DNA from: Nymphaea colorata
Lineage: Eukaryota
DNA length: 64,000 bases
Assembly (NCBI RefSeq): GCF_008831285.2
Contig: NC_045138.2
Location: forward strand, 11,470,001 to 11,534,000
Direction: 5' to 3'
Shown here piece after piece: positions 24,301 to 39,400 of this stretch. The number at the start of each line of letters is the position of its first letter. The first letter of the stretch is position 1. The translations under genes and the position numbers were made by a program. The notes under the pieces were generated by a model. It was not told where the DNA came from and ran no database searches. It worked only from the letters and a program-made list of their open reading frames with translations.

Positions 24301-27300
24301 ATAGACCCTATGGGCATATCGATGGGACCACTCCAGCACCTCCAATGTATATTGACCGTGAAGTGAAGAAGACCGTAGTGGGAGATCAAGCTGTTGGGGC
24401 TGCGGCTATGAGTGAAATCAGATTTGAATATGAAACCCTTACTGAAAATAATCCTGAATATGAAGTTTGGCTAGCTCACGACCAGTTTCTTGTTGCCTAT
24501 ATTACTTCTACTTTGTCAGAGGAAATATTAGGAGGTATTGATGATGATTTAACAGCCCTAGAGTTGTGGTCTACCCTTGCCACAACGTATTCTCTAGTAT
24601 CCGAAGCACGTTTTCTGCAGTTAAGAAGGCAACTTCAGGACATCAAGCGTGGGACGCGTACAGTCTTGGAATATTTGAATGAAATTAAAAGTGTAAGTGA
24701 TCAACTTGCTGCCATTGGACATCCCGTCAGCGACAAGGACAAAAAGCAACAAGCCTTGAGTGGACTGGGAACAGATTTTGACATTTTTTGCACATCCTTG
24801 GAAGTCCTACCTGTCCTCCCATCTTTCGAAGATCTGAAGACCAAGCTATTCCAACACGAAGCTAGTCGTGTTCAGCGACAGAATTTGATTCCTTACAACA
24901 GTCACAATGTACTGATCACAGGGACACATGCACTGCAAGGGAATCGCACTCGTACTTGGACTCCTCAGGCAGGAATGGGAAGAGGGATTCTTCCAACACC
25001 ACTGGGTTCCGACTTGTTTCTATTGCAACAAGAGGGGGCATGTAAAGTCAGAATGTTGGCACAATCCGCAGGACAAAAATAATCAAGTTAGACGTGACAA
25101 CAAGGCAGCAGTAGGGTCAGCTTCATCATCATCTGGCTCAAATCAGACATCTAATGTTTCAGCAGACGTGCAACAACTCCTCATGACAGCCCTGTCTAAG
25201 CTTCATTTGAAACAAAACGAGCAAGGAGAATGGTATGTGGACTCTGGAGCAGCAGCTCATGTTACTGGTGACGCAGGTAATCTCTCTAGTGCTCTCCCTT
25301 ACTTAGATAAAGGCTCAGTTGTCACGGGAGATGGTTCCCATCACACAATATCGCACATTGGAAATGTACAAATTTCTATGGGCTCTTCTTCCATTCCATT
25401 AAAGAATGTTCTTGTTGTTCCAAGTGTCAAAAAAAAAATTATTTCATTGTCCAAGCTTATTGATGATACTCACTCCTCTGTTGAATTCACACCCTCTTCT
25501 GTTTATGTCAAGGATGCTCGAACCAAGAAGACATTCGCTGAGGGCACTCGCAAAGGAGATTTGTATGTCCTTGAAGAAGCTCCACAGATGTCAAGACCTC
25601 ACCCTTCCGTATCATGTTTTCCAAGTCATAGTGAAGTCAATGTCGCAGAGTATAATATGCCATCCATTTGGCATGGTCGGTTAGCTCATTGTAATCAATC
25701 TTTTGTTCGAAGTCTTGTTGCAGACGGGCTCTTAGACAAGTCCAGTCTGAGTTTAGTCAGTGAGTCCAGCATGTGCTCGAGTTGTCATATCTGTAAGAGT
25801 CATGTCCTTCCCTTTCAATTAATAAATAAAAGAGCTTCAAAGGCTTTTGACACCATATATTCCGATGTTTGGGGGCCTGCTCCAGTTCCTTCTTCTTCTG
25901 GGAGTAGATACTATGTCATTTTTGTTGATTCATATTCCCGATATACTTGGATCCATTTCATGAAACACAAATAAGAAGTTTTCCGCTTATTCACTCAATT
26001 TCATGCCTTGGTTCGAAATAAATACTCCAGTAATATTGTGCATTTTCAATGTGATGGTGGTGGTGAATTTATTTCTAATGAATTTACTGAGTACTTACTA
26101 GATAATGGGATCACTAGACAAATTTCATGTCCGCATACACCTCAGCAAAACGGAATTGCTGAAAGGAAACATAGGCATATTGTTGAAAGTGCACTCAGCA
26201 TGATGCATGAAACAGACTTACCTATGACATTATGGACCGAGGCTTTCCATACGGCTGTCCATGTTATAAAACGATTGTCATTGGCCTTGCTTGATGGAAA
26301 ATCACCATTTTTTCTCTTACATCAAGAACAGCTACGTTATGAGGAGTTGCGTGTTTTTGGATGTGTGTGCTATGTGCATGTTGATGTTTCCTTGCGAAAC
26401 AAATTTCAAGATCGTGCTGTTTTATGCAAATTTATAGGGTATGCAGAAAATTACAAGGGTTATAGGTGTTACAACCCTAAAACTAGGCGTGTACATATTT
26501 CACGGCATGTTGTCTTTGATGAGAACAGGTTACAGGATCCCAAGGCTACTTCTGTGACACTCAAGGACAAAAATGAAGTTTATGATACTTGGCTTCATGC
26601 TGAAATCTTAAGACAAGGGGCAGAAATGTTGACTGAGCACAATGAGCAAGTTGTTAATGAGCCCGAGACATCTGTAAGTAGTTCCTTGAGCAGCACTACT
26701 TCCTTGGACAGCATGCCTTCATCTTCTCAGCCCAGTGAGCCACCTATGCATAATCGGTTCTCAGGCCTGGTGTATTCTAGGCGATCAGTTCCTACTGCAG
26801 TTCCACGCCAATCACAACGCGTGCGACATCCTATTGATAGATGGGTGAGCTATAACAGTTTTTCTTTGGATTTTCAGCTGTTTATGACAGAAGTCAGCAA
26901 AAAGGTGGAACCAACATCTTATCACAATGCCAGTAAGGAAAAATGTTGGGTTGAAGCTATGAATGAGGAAATGGCAGCCTTGCATGAATGTCAGACTTGG
27001 CAGATTGTCCCTCGTCCAGCTGATAAGAATGTTGTGGGATCAAAATGGGTTTATAAACTGAAATATAAACCAGATGGTAGCATTGATCGGTATAAAGCAC
27101 GACTTGTGGCGCGCGGTTTCACTCAGCAATATGGGGAAGATTATGATGAAACATTCAGTCCAGTCATCAAGATGGGAACAATCCGTGTGATTATTTCTCT
27201 TGCAGTCTCGTATGGATGGCCTCTTTATCAGTTAGATGTCAAAAATGCTTTTCTTCATGGAATTCTTAAGGAAGAGGTATACATGGAGCAACCTCCCGGC

Positions 27301-30300
27301 TATACTACTCATGATCCTCAAAAATGGGTTTGCAAATTACACAAGTCTCTATGTGGGTTGAAGCAAGCTTCTAGATCATGGTTTGATCGTTTTTCTCATC
27401 ATATACAACAAGTTGGTTTTCTCCGAAGCTCCCTCGATCACTCTTTGTTTATCTATCATACTGAAGAAGCTACCACCTGGTTACTTATCTATGTTGATGG
27501 TATTGTTATAACTGGAAATTCTTCTTCACATATATCTTATGTTAAAGGTATGTTGAAGCGAAAATTCAAGATGAAGGATCTGGGTGAATTACGATATTTT
27601 TTAGGTGTTGAACTTGACAGGACGAATGATAGTTTGACTCTTACACAGCACAAGTATACCCTTGATGTTTTGGACAGGGCAGGTATGACTAATTGCAAAC
27701 CCATCACTACCCCCAGTGTTTTGAATACTAAATTGACTACATCTGATGGAACTGCTGCATATTCCAATCCTACATTCTATCGCAGCATTGTTGGTATGTT
27801 ACAATACCTTACCTTTACTCGCCCAGATATAGTATATGTTGTAAATCAGATCTCTCAGTTTATGCATGCACCCACTGAAGGACATATGGATGCCACTAAG
27901 CGAATCCTACGGTATCTCAAAGCTACTCTTGGAGATGGACTAGTCTACACGAAATGTCCCAATATTTCTCTTGGACATAGCATATATACATATACTGATG
28001 CCGACTGGGCAGGCGATCCCGATGACCGACGATCAGTTTCAGGTTTTTGTCTTTTTCTTGATTCTAATCTCATTTGTTAGAGCAGTAAAAAGCAGCGTGC
28101 CGTTGCACGTTCTAACACTAAGGCAGAGTATAGAGCAATGGCTGCAAGGACGGCTGAAGCGTCATGGTTACGTCATTTACTTGGAGAGCTCAATCTTTCT
28201 ATTGTTCGGTCATCATTACTATTTGACAATCAAAGTGTGATAAAAATTGCTTTCAATCCCATTTTACATAATCGCACCAAACATATAGAGATTGATCAAC
28301 ACTTCATTCGTCAGAAGGTTGAAGAAGCCAAGATCTTGCCTACTTATATATCCACCAGTGAACAGATAGCTGATCTTTTTACCAAAGGTCTCATAGGGCA
28401 GCATTTTTGGGACTTGAAGAACAAGTTGTGCATGATCAAATCTCATGCACAACTTGAGGGGAGCTCTTAGCGTATGGGGATCGGGTCTGTTCAGACCCGA
28501 TCCATTCTCTTTATATCCACACGCCTAAGGATACCAGGCGGTGGCTCTCTTGTAATATTTTATATTTTTCTGTACAAATTTGTTGTAACCTATCTAGGGT
28601 TATTGATTAATTAAAAGATTAAGGAACGCAGGGCTGTGTTAAGCCGGCTGCTCCCTTTCCTCCATCGCCTTCTTTCATCCTCTCTCTTTTCAATATATCT
28701 GATGCAAAACGGAGAGACGAGTTCTTTGTGAAGATTCTTACAATCAGCAACAAATGAGAGATAGGAGCTCCATGTGACAAGCCATGAAACATGAGGTCCG
28801 ATGATATCTTCCCCTGCACTAGTGGGAAATGAGTTTCTTCATGCCTGATAGAATCTATTATATTTTCAAAACAAAATTGACATAACAGAAACAGAGTAAG
28901 ACATTGTAAAATGTTTTTCTCTCCATTTTTAGGTTTTACGAAAGTCTTGCAAAATTTGTTCGTTTACCAGTTTCAAACCTAGTACAAGAGGAGCTCTTTT
29001 TGGGTGTTATGGTTGCCCCAGGTGATTCTGGAACATGTTTTACCTTCTGTAATTGGTGTTCCATGTTTGCACTTAACTACTGATAACTAGCTTCCATTGT
29101 GCATTATGGTTTGGTCATTCTGATAGGCTTATCATGTTTGTATTTTTATGTGTATAATAAAGGCTCGCTGCTCATGTTTTTGACCATGGACTGCTAAGTT
29201 ACACTAATTTAGTGGAACTTGAGGCAGACTGGCTTACTGATGCATAGTTTTGTTTCATCCTTTTTTCCTGTTGGATATGTGATTGGGATGGCTTATTCTT
29301 TATGGTGCAATTCATGTTGTCTTACAGGGAAAGCATGTTACGAGTAGGAAACTTCGAGACAGATTATACCGTGAGCTTGAGAGAAATTTAGCTATGAAAG
29401 TTGAAGATGGCGAATCAGCAGATACTTTTATTGTTAGTGGGAGAGGCACGCTGCACATAACAATACTGATCGAGAACATGTGACTTGTGTTTCTACTTCT
29501 TGTTATTCTTTACTCCTGTTGGCTAGTTCATGTGCATCTTTTTGATATATGATATATGCTAATTTTGCAGGCGGAGAGAAGGGTATGAATTTATGGTGGG
29601 GCCTCCTAAAGTTATAAATAAGAGGGTCAATGATGAATTGCTTGAGCCATTTGAGGTATCCATAGCCCCTAAATATTTTAGTTCTAAAATTAAAGCCTAT
29701 CCTGGATGATTGTATTCTTTTTGTGTCTGAAATGTATCCAATTGGTGTATTCAAGTCATGCATAGTTAATGTAAGAGAACTACTAATGTGGTTGATGCGT
29801 CCTGTGAGGAATAGGTTTTATGCATCTGTATCCTTATTATTCATCTGTTTCTTAGTGAATTTTTGCTGAAGCATGTATTAACTGATGCTAAGAAGTTAAA
29901 AGGTTTTGCTAGCTCAATTACAAATCCATCCTTTAGCTAGAGGCCTTGTGGTAGCTGATGTCTTATTTTGCATATCAGACGTTCTCTTTTTGAGGTCCCA
30001 GAAATTGATTTTGTTCCCACCATCACAGATTGCCACTGTAGAGGTATCAGAGGAATATTTGGGGTCCGTTGTGGAACTTCTTGGGAGACGACGTGGGCAG
30101 ATGTTTGACATGCAGGGAGCTGGGTACGTGAATTATATACATCTCTTCATATTTCTTGTTCTTAAGTAACAAATGGCTTGTCCATTTGGACAGCTTTGCA
30201 GGGATGATAGTAGACGTTGGATGCAGAAAAATTATTTAGTGATGATCATGATTACAGTTAAATTATCTCATTTAGGCCATGAGATCTATTTGGATTACAT

Positions 30301-30337
30301 ACCCTTCATAGATATGCACAAAAAGGTAGCCCGTGCA

Positions 30338-30427
<90 letters not shown>

Positions 30428-33400
30428 AACCCTTTAAATGTTACTTGTTTCCTTTAGGGTGAGAGAGTGAGAGAGAGTGCTTCATGCGTCAAGTCATCTG
30501 ATTAACATTTTTCTGGAAACTTGAGCGTATTTGCTTTGGAATATTATGGAAGTGATGGGTCATCCTGAAAAGACATAGAAAGGATGCATCAAGTCATATC
30601 ATTAGTCTCTTTTCTGGGAGTATATGTCTCTTAGAATTCTCATCCCATATCGACAAATAAGTGCTCCTTTCTATTTAGTCTGTTGCATTAAACTGAGTCC
30701 AGTGGTGAGACACTTCTTCAATTTTACTTTCAACTTTCAAGTATCTTGAGTTCATATTCAGATGTTTTTTTCACTATGCTGTATGGTTATAAATGGTAGA
30801 ATGCCAGTCAGCTCTTCTAATTTCTGATTGTATAGTTAGTTAACTTTATTTCATTTTCAATTACAGAAATGATGGCACGGTAGTAGTCAAGTATAAGATT
30901 CCAACTCGTGGCCTTATTGGATTAAGAAATGACATCCTAACTGCATCACGTGGTACGGCAATTCTGAACACAGTCTTTGATAGTTATGGACCTTGGGCTG
31001 GGGATATGAGCACCAGAGAGCAAGGATCACTGGTAAGCAATTGTTCCCCATTCTTATGTTTTCAGGAGTAGGCTCCCAATCCTGAGATTAGGTGGTGTAT
31101 AACACATACTTCACAATTAACTGTGATGTTTCTCATCAACTTTCTTGTGTTCATCAACTTCCAAGTCCATCTTGTTATGGCAGTTATATACTTTCATGTG
31201 TTTGATGTATTACAGGTTGCTTTTGAGGATGGAACAACTACATCTTATGCTTTGGCTAGTTCTCAAGAAAGAGGACAGATGTTTGTGGAACCTGGCATTG
31301 ATGTTTATAAAGGACAAATAGTAGGCATTCATCAGCGACCCGGCGACTTGATGCTAAATGTGTGCAAGAAGAAGGCTGCGACAAATGTTCGGTCAAATAA
31401 GGAACAGACAGGTGAAGAGTGCTATGTCTTTTTTTTTTTTTTGGTTAAAGAATATATAAATCTTACTGGGCATTTTTCAAATTGTTTCTTCTGCAAAGCA
31501 TGACTCTAAATTTATAAAGTGAACTACACTGAACAGGTTACAAGTATAACATATCATCTATAAATATGTAAGTTTATAGCCATCTGACTTTGCTATTAAG
31601 TTTACAATTTTTCTCCATGTACAAATGCACATTATCCTGTTACTATACTGTATGGTAACTTAGATGGGGCTTTTATATATAGTTTATATAAATTGCAATT
31701 GTGATGTTGATTGTTAATTAAAGGTGCTTTTTCTATATAGGACAAAGATCACAAAGGTCGACTGATAATTTAGTGAATTGTCTTACCATTAAATGGTAAA
31801 GATATATGTATATATTTGCAAATTGTGTATATGCATGCATATCTACAAATATACATGTCTATATACTTCAAATGCACAACATGTATTCATATTCACATGG
31901 CTGTGTGATGTTATTCTTGATTAAGAGATGCTTCTTTTATATAAAATGAAGTATCTGTTCCCATTTCAAGCTGATGGCTAATTTTTTGAATGAATAGTGC
32001 TACTGTTAAATGATAAAGATATATATGTATTTGCATATTGTATATATATATATATATGTATTTATGTTTGTACATATACGTATGTATATATACTTTCTGT
32101 CTACAGTATGTATTCAGATTGTGTATATATGTTATGTAAGTGTATATGTGTGCTTGTATATTCTTCTTTTGTTTATGCTTATTTTATATCATTTTCTGTC
32201 TTTATTATTCATTTATTTTTTAAAGTTTTAAAGTTTCCTTAGCTTCCCCAGCCATTAGAAAATGCTCTCTAATAATTAGAGGAGCTGCCTTCTCTTGTAT
32301 GTATGGGGCTTTTTGTCCCTTCCTGCTTTGTAAATTCTTTGAGGCACTTTTGTGAGTAGCAAAAATTTCTCTTCTAGCATTGTCTTTGTGAGAATCTTCA
32401 CTAAAACACCACCGAATCACGTCTCTCCGTCTGAAAATAAGGAGGATGGAGAATAGAGAATAGAAGAAAGCAATGAAGGTAAGAGAACCGTCAGCCAATG
32501 CAGCCACACGATGCTTGATCTCTATATTAAAACATAAACCTCATTAGGTTACAACAAAAAGAGGAATAAAACATGAAGTAATTACAAGAGGTGCCACCAC
32601 TTAGACGTGAAGACATTAAAACGAAGTGGATCGGGTCTGAACAGACCCGATCCAGACCCGATCCCCTTACACTTATACGTACAGACTTAACAGCCCCCCT
32701 CAAATTGTGCATGAGATTTGATCATGCACAACTTGTTTTTCAAATCCCAAAAATGCTGCCCTGTAAGACCTTTGGTAAAAAGATCAACTATCTGTTCACT
32801 GGTGGATATATAAGTAGGCAAGATCTCGGCTTTTTCAACCTTCTGACGAATGAAGTGTTGATCAATCTCAATGTGCTTGGTACGATTATGCAAAATGGGG
32901 TTGAAGGCAATTTTGATGGCGCTTTGATTGTCGCATAGCAATGAGGACTGAACAATAGGTACATGAAGCTCTCCAAGCAAATGTCGTAACCATGATGCCT
33001 CAGCTGTCCCTGCAGCCATTGCTCTATACTCTGCCTCAGTGCTAGATCGTGCAACTGCACGCTGTTTTTTACTGCTCCAACAAATGAGATTAGAATCAAG
33101 AAAAAGGCAGAAACCTGAAACTGAGCGTCGGTCATCAGGATCTCCTGCCCAGTCTGCATCAGTATAAGTATATATGCTATGTCCAAGAGAAACATTGGGA
33201 CACTTTGTATAGATCAATCCATCCCCAAGAGTAGCTTTGAGATACCGTAAGATCCGCTTAGTAGCATCCATATGTCCTTCTGTGGGTGCATGCATAAATT
33301 GAGAGATCTGATTTACAGCATAGACTATGTCTGGGCGGGTAAATGTAAGGTATTGTAACATACCAACAATGCTGCGATAGAAGGTAGGATTTGAATAGGC

Positions 33401-36400
33401 AGCGGTTCCATCAGAGGTAGCCAATTTAGTGTTTAGAACACTAGGAGTAGTTATGGGTTTGCAATTAATCATACCTGCCCTTTCCAAAATATCAAGAGTA
33501 TACTTATGCTGCGTAAGAGTCAATCGATCATTTGCTCTATCAAGTTCAACACCCAAGAAGTACCGAAGTTCGCCGAGATCTTTCATCTTGAATTCTTGCT
33601 GCAACAGATCCTTAACATAAGATATATGAGAAGAAGAATTCCCAGTTATAACAATATCATCTACATAGATAAGTAACCAAGTGGTAGCTTCTTCGGTATG
33701 ATACATAAACAAGGAATGATCTAGAGAGCTTCGTAGAAAACCAGCTTGTTGTATATGATGAGAAAACCGATCGAACCATGTTCTAGAAGCTTGCTTCAGC
33801 CCATATAAAGACTTGTGTAACTTACAAACCCATTTTTGAGGATCATGAGTATTGTAGCCGGGAGGTTGCTCCATGTATACCTCTTCCTTAAGAATCCCAT
33901 TTAGAAAAGCATTTTTGACATCTAACTGATAAAGAGGCCACCCATATGAGACTGCAAGAGAAATAATCACACGTATTGTGCCCATCTTAATAACCGGACT
34001 GAATGTTTAATCATAATCTTCCCCATATTGCTGTGTGAAACCGTGGGCCACAAGACGTGCTTTATGTCGATCAATGCTACCATCTGGCTTATATTTCAGT
34101 TTGTAGACCCATTTGGAGCCCACAACATTCTTATCAGTTGGACGAGGGACAATCTGCCAAGTTTGACACTCATGCAATGCTGCCATTTCCTCATTCATAG
34201 CTTCAACCCAACATTTTTCCTTACTTGCATGGTGATAGGATTTTGGTTCAACCTTCTTGCTGACTTCTGTCATAAACAACTGAAAATCTAAAGAAAAGTT
34301 GTTATAACTTACCCACCGATCAATGGGATGTCGCACACGTTGGGACTGACGTGGGGCTGCAGTAGGAGCTGATCGCCTAGAGTACACAAGGCCTGAGAAC
34401 CGACTATGTATAGGTGAATCATGGGGTTGTGAGGATGAGGGCATGCTGTCCAAGGAATCGCTCACAAGTGTCTTAGGCTCATTAACATCTTGCTCCTCGT
34501 GCTCAATCAAACGGTCAGCCCCTTGTCTTAGGATTTCAGCATGCAGCCCAGTATCATAAACCTCATTTTTATCCTTGAGTGTCATGCAAGTAGCCTTGGG
34601 ATCTTGTAACCTGTTTTCATCAAAAACAACATGCCGTGAAATATGAACACGCCTCTGCACAAAATAGCACGATCTTGAAACTTGTTACGTAAGGAAACAT
34701 CAACATGCACATAGCAAACACATCCAAAAACACGCAATTCCTCATAGCGTGGCTGCCCTTGATGTAATAAAAAATATGGGGATTTGCCATCAAGCAAAGC
34801 CAATGGCAGTCGATTTATAACATGGACAGCCGTATGGAAAGCCTCGGTCCATAATGTCATAGGTAAGTCTGTTTCATGCATCATGCTGAGTGCACTTTCA
34901 ATAATATGCCTATGTTTCCTTTCAGCAATTCCGTTTTGCTGAGGTGTATGCGGACATGAAATTTGTCTAGTGATCCCATTATCTAGTAAGTACTCAGTAA
35001 ATTCATTAGAAATAAATTCACCACCACCATCACATTGAAAATGCACAATATTACTGGAGTATTTATTTCGAACCAAGGCATGGAATTGAGTAAACAAACG
35101 GAAAACTTCAGATTTGTGTTTCATGAAGTGTATCCAAGTATGTCGGGAATATGAATCTATAAAAATGACATAGTACCTACTCCCAGAAGAAGAGGGAATT
35201 GGAGCAGGCCCCCAAACATCAGAATATATGGTGTCAAAAATCCTTGAAGCTCTTTTATTAATTGACTGAAAAGGAAGGGCATGGCTCTTACAAAGATGAC
35301 AACTCGAGCACATGCTGGACTCACTGACTGAACTCAGACTGGACTTATCTAAGAGTCCGTCTGCAACAAGACTTCGAACAAAAGACTGACTATAATAAGC
35401 TAACCGACCATGCCAAATGGATGGCTTATTATATTCTGCGACATTGACTTCATTATGACTTGAAGAACATGAATCTGGAGGGTGAGGTTTAGAAAGCTTT
35501 GGAGCTTCTTCAAAGACATACATATCTCCTTTGCGAGTGCTCTCAGCAAATGTCTTCTTGGTTTGAGCATCCTTGACATAAACAGAAGATGGTGTGAATT
35601 CAACAGAGGATTGAGTATCATCAATAAGTTTGGACACTGAGATAATATTTTTCTTGACACTTGGAACAACAAGGACATTCTTTAATGGAATGGAAGAACC
35701 CATGGATATTTGTGCATTTCCAATGTGCGATATTGTGTGATGGGAACCATCTCCCGTGACTACTGAGCCTTGATCTAAATAAGGGGAAACACTAGAGAGA
35801 TTACCTGTGTCACCAGTAACGTGGGCTGCTTCTCCAGAGTCCACATACCACTCTCCTTGCTCATTTTGCTTCAAGTTAAGTTTGGATAAGGCTGTCATTA
35901 GAAGTTGCTGCACGTCTGCTGAAACCTTTGAAGTTGGATTTGATCCAGATGAGGATGGAGCTGACCCCGCTGCTGTCCTGTTCTCGCGCCTGACCTGACT
36001 ATTCTTGTTCTGAGGATTGTGCCAACATTCTAATTTTACATGCCCCTTCTTGTTGCAATAGAAGCATGTCGGGATTCTCCTAGATGTGGCAGAGGTAGTA
36101 TTCATGCCTGGCGGTGTTGGGAGAATCCCTCTTCCCATGCCTGCCTGAGGAGTCCAAGAACGAGTGCGATTTCCTTGCAGTGCGTGAGTTCCTGTGATCA
36201 GTACATTGTGGCTGTTGGAAGGAACCAGATTATGTCGTTGAACTCGACTAGCTTCATGTTGAAAAAGCTTGGCCTTTAGATCTTCAAAAGATGGGAGAAC
36301 AGGTAAGACTTCCAAGGCTGTGCAAAAAATATCAAATTCTGTTCCCAGTCCACTCAAGGCTTGTTGGACTTTGTCCTTGTCACTGACGGGATGTCCAATT

Positions 36401-39400
36401 GCAGCAAGCTGATCACTAACACTCTTGATTTCATTCAAATACTCCAAAACTGTACGCGTCCCACGCTTGATATCCTGAAATTGCCTTCTTAATTGTAGAA
36501 AACGTGCTTCCGAGACTTGAGAATATGTTGTGGCAAGGGTAGACCACAACTCTAGGGCAGTTAAATCATCATCAATACCTCCCAATACCTCCTCTGACAA
36601 GGTAGAAGTGATATAAGCAACAAGAGACTGGTCGTGAGCCAGCCAAACTTCATATTCGGGATTGCTCTCAGGAAGAGTTTCATATTCAAAACTGATTTCA
36701 TTTCCAGCCGAGGCCCCAGCACCTTTATCTCCCACGACTGTCTTCTTTATTTCATGGTTAACATACTTTGGAGGTGCTGGAGTAGTCCCATCGATGTGCC
36801 CATACAGTCTATGGCTCTTAATAAATGGGACAATTTGACGTTTCCAAGTCAAATAATTACTATGGTTCAGTTTTTGAGAGATGAGTTGTGAGAGAAAACT
36901 AGAAGATAGAAGAGAGGGAGCCGACTGGTCCATGATTGAAAAAGAGGATTAGAATAGACGATTTGGGCAGAATTTTAAAGGTCACGACAGAAATTAGGGC
37001 AAATTATGGCAAACCGTGTGACTTAGGGCAAAAAACAGAATTTAGGGCAACAGAAATTAGGGCAAATCGTGGGATTAAGGGCGGAAACAGAGTTTGAGGA
37101 TAACCACGGCAGAAAATAAGATTTAGGGCAGAATACTCCAAGCACGGCAGAAAATAAGATTTAGGGCAGAGTACTCCAAGAAGAAATCACTCACCGGAGG
37201 ACGATGTAACCTGTCTCTGATACCATGTGAGAATCTTCACTAAAACACCACTGAATCACGTCTCTCCGTCTGAAAATAAGGAGGATGGAGAATAGAGAAT
37301 AGAAGAAAGCAATGAAGGTAAGAGAACCGTCGGCCAATGCAGCCACACGATGCTTGATCTCTATATTAAAACATAAACCTAATTAGGTTACAACAAAAAG
37401 AGGAATAAAACATGAAGTAATTACAAGAGGTGCCACCACTTAGAAGTGAAGACATAAAAACGAAGTGGATCGGGTCTGAACAGACCCGATCCAGACCCGA
37501 TCCCCTTACACTTATACGTACAGACTTAACAGTCTTCTGTTCTTTACTGCCCATTGAGGATGTTGGAAAAGAAAAAAGTCGGTAGTATTTTCAAATAGTT
37601 TAGAGGGCTGTTTTATTATTTTCATGTTTTTTTTATGGATTTTATTGTAATCCTTTGTGTTGACCTCTAATCTCTACTTAATTGAGATTTGGGTTAATTG
37701 GAAAGTGAACTTTCTCTCTCATATCATTTAGCAACATGGTATCAGAGCGGTTCGTGTCCTAGGAAGGCCTGAAGCCCGTGTGAGTGATTGCCTCTTCTTT
37801 CTTCTCCTTCTTCTCTCACCTTTTTCTCCTCCCTCTTCTCTCACCTTTTTCTCCTCCCCATCTCATCTCTCTCTTCCTCATCTCGTCCCTGTAGCGGTAG
37901 AACTCTGAGACCCCAGATTTGATTGCAAATGAAGACCTAGATTTTAGGCAAACAGATCTTGTGGGTGGTGGAGCAGTCGCAGACAGTGGTGGTGGGCTCC
38001 CTATCATGCTGCAGTGGAGGATGTTGGAAGTGGTTGCTGGTGGCCAGATGGTGATGGCAAAGCCTTTTAAAGTGGTAGTTGCTGTAAGTTTTTTTTAGCG
38101 ACCAGTCAAAGTCATTGGATTAGAGAGAGATCTGAATTTGTGTTGTTGAAGAGGAATATGTTGAAGTCGTTGTGGGAAGAGATCTAAATTTCTGCCTCTG
38201 ATTAATTGCTTCAGTTCAGACTTGCCAGAGTAGTCAATACGCCGTTTTCACCTTTGGTCGACAGTGTCTAACAGAGTTACACTGCTGTTATGTGGATTAA
38301 ATTGCTGCTGATGTGGACTTTTTCTATTCTTCGCATCTTATATTTCTGCCGTCATATATGCTATCGTGTTATTGTGGCTGTGGGTATCTGCTGCATCTGG
38401 ATTTTATTATATCTGCTGTATCTGGATTCATCTCAGCCAGTTCATTCTGCAGAATCCATATTTAATTATTTCTGGTCCATCTAAGTTCAACTGGGCTGAA
38501 TCTCATCATTTCTGCTGCATCTAAATTCTGCTGAAATTGCCACTGGTTCCTCGTTTTTTTTTTTCTTTTGCTGATTTCCTGCTGGCTGAGTTGTCATTTA
38601 GTTTCTTGGTTGCACAAACAGAGTTCTGGTTTAGTCCTAAACTAACGTCATGGGAGACTCCAAGGACATACCTATTGAACAGAAAAACACACAAGGAACA
38701 CAAAAGTAACGTGGGAAACCCTAACACGAGGAAAAAACCACGATGATAGGAGATGATTCCCGCACTCACTAGCTACCGGGCACTCACTCTCTTAATTCTC
38801 ATTAACACTGAATTAGGGTTGCACAATTTACTTAAATAGGACTCAGCATGGGCTGCGGGTCGGATCGGGTCCAGAACCCATCCCAGTCATATAAAACACG
38901 TCAGCGCGCCCCCTCGAGTTGGGCGTATAGGTCGAACATGCCCAACTTTAATACATTTCTCTCAAATGAAGTAGATGGCAAGGCCTTGGTTAGTGCATCA
39001 GTTGTTTGATCTTCAGACTTCATGTAGGGCAGGACAAGTTCTTTAGCATCAATTCTCTCATGAATGAAATGAAGATCAATCTCCACATGCTTTGTTCTAT
39101 CATGTAACACCGGATTGTTGGCCAAGTTGATTGCAGACTTGTTATCATAATACATCTTCATTCAACCCTCTGTTTTGATTCTGATGTCAGTCAATAGCAC
39201 TTTCAACCACAATAGCTCAGAGACTCCCATGGCCACAACCGTATATTCAGCCTCGGCATTGAAGCAAGAGCAAACGTTCTGTCTCTTATTTCTCCACACC
39301 ACGAGGTTTCCTCCCAAGTAAATATAATAACCTGAGGTGGATCTCCTGGTATCCACACATCCTGCCCAGTCAACATTTGAATAACCTTCAATCTTAAGGA

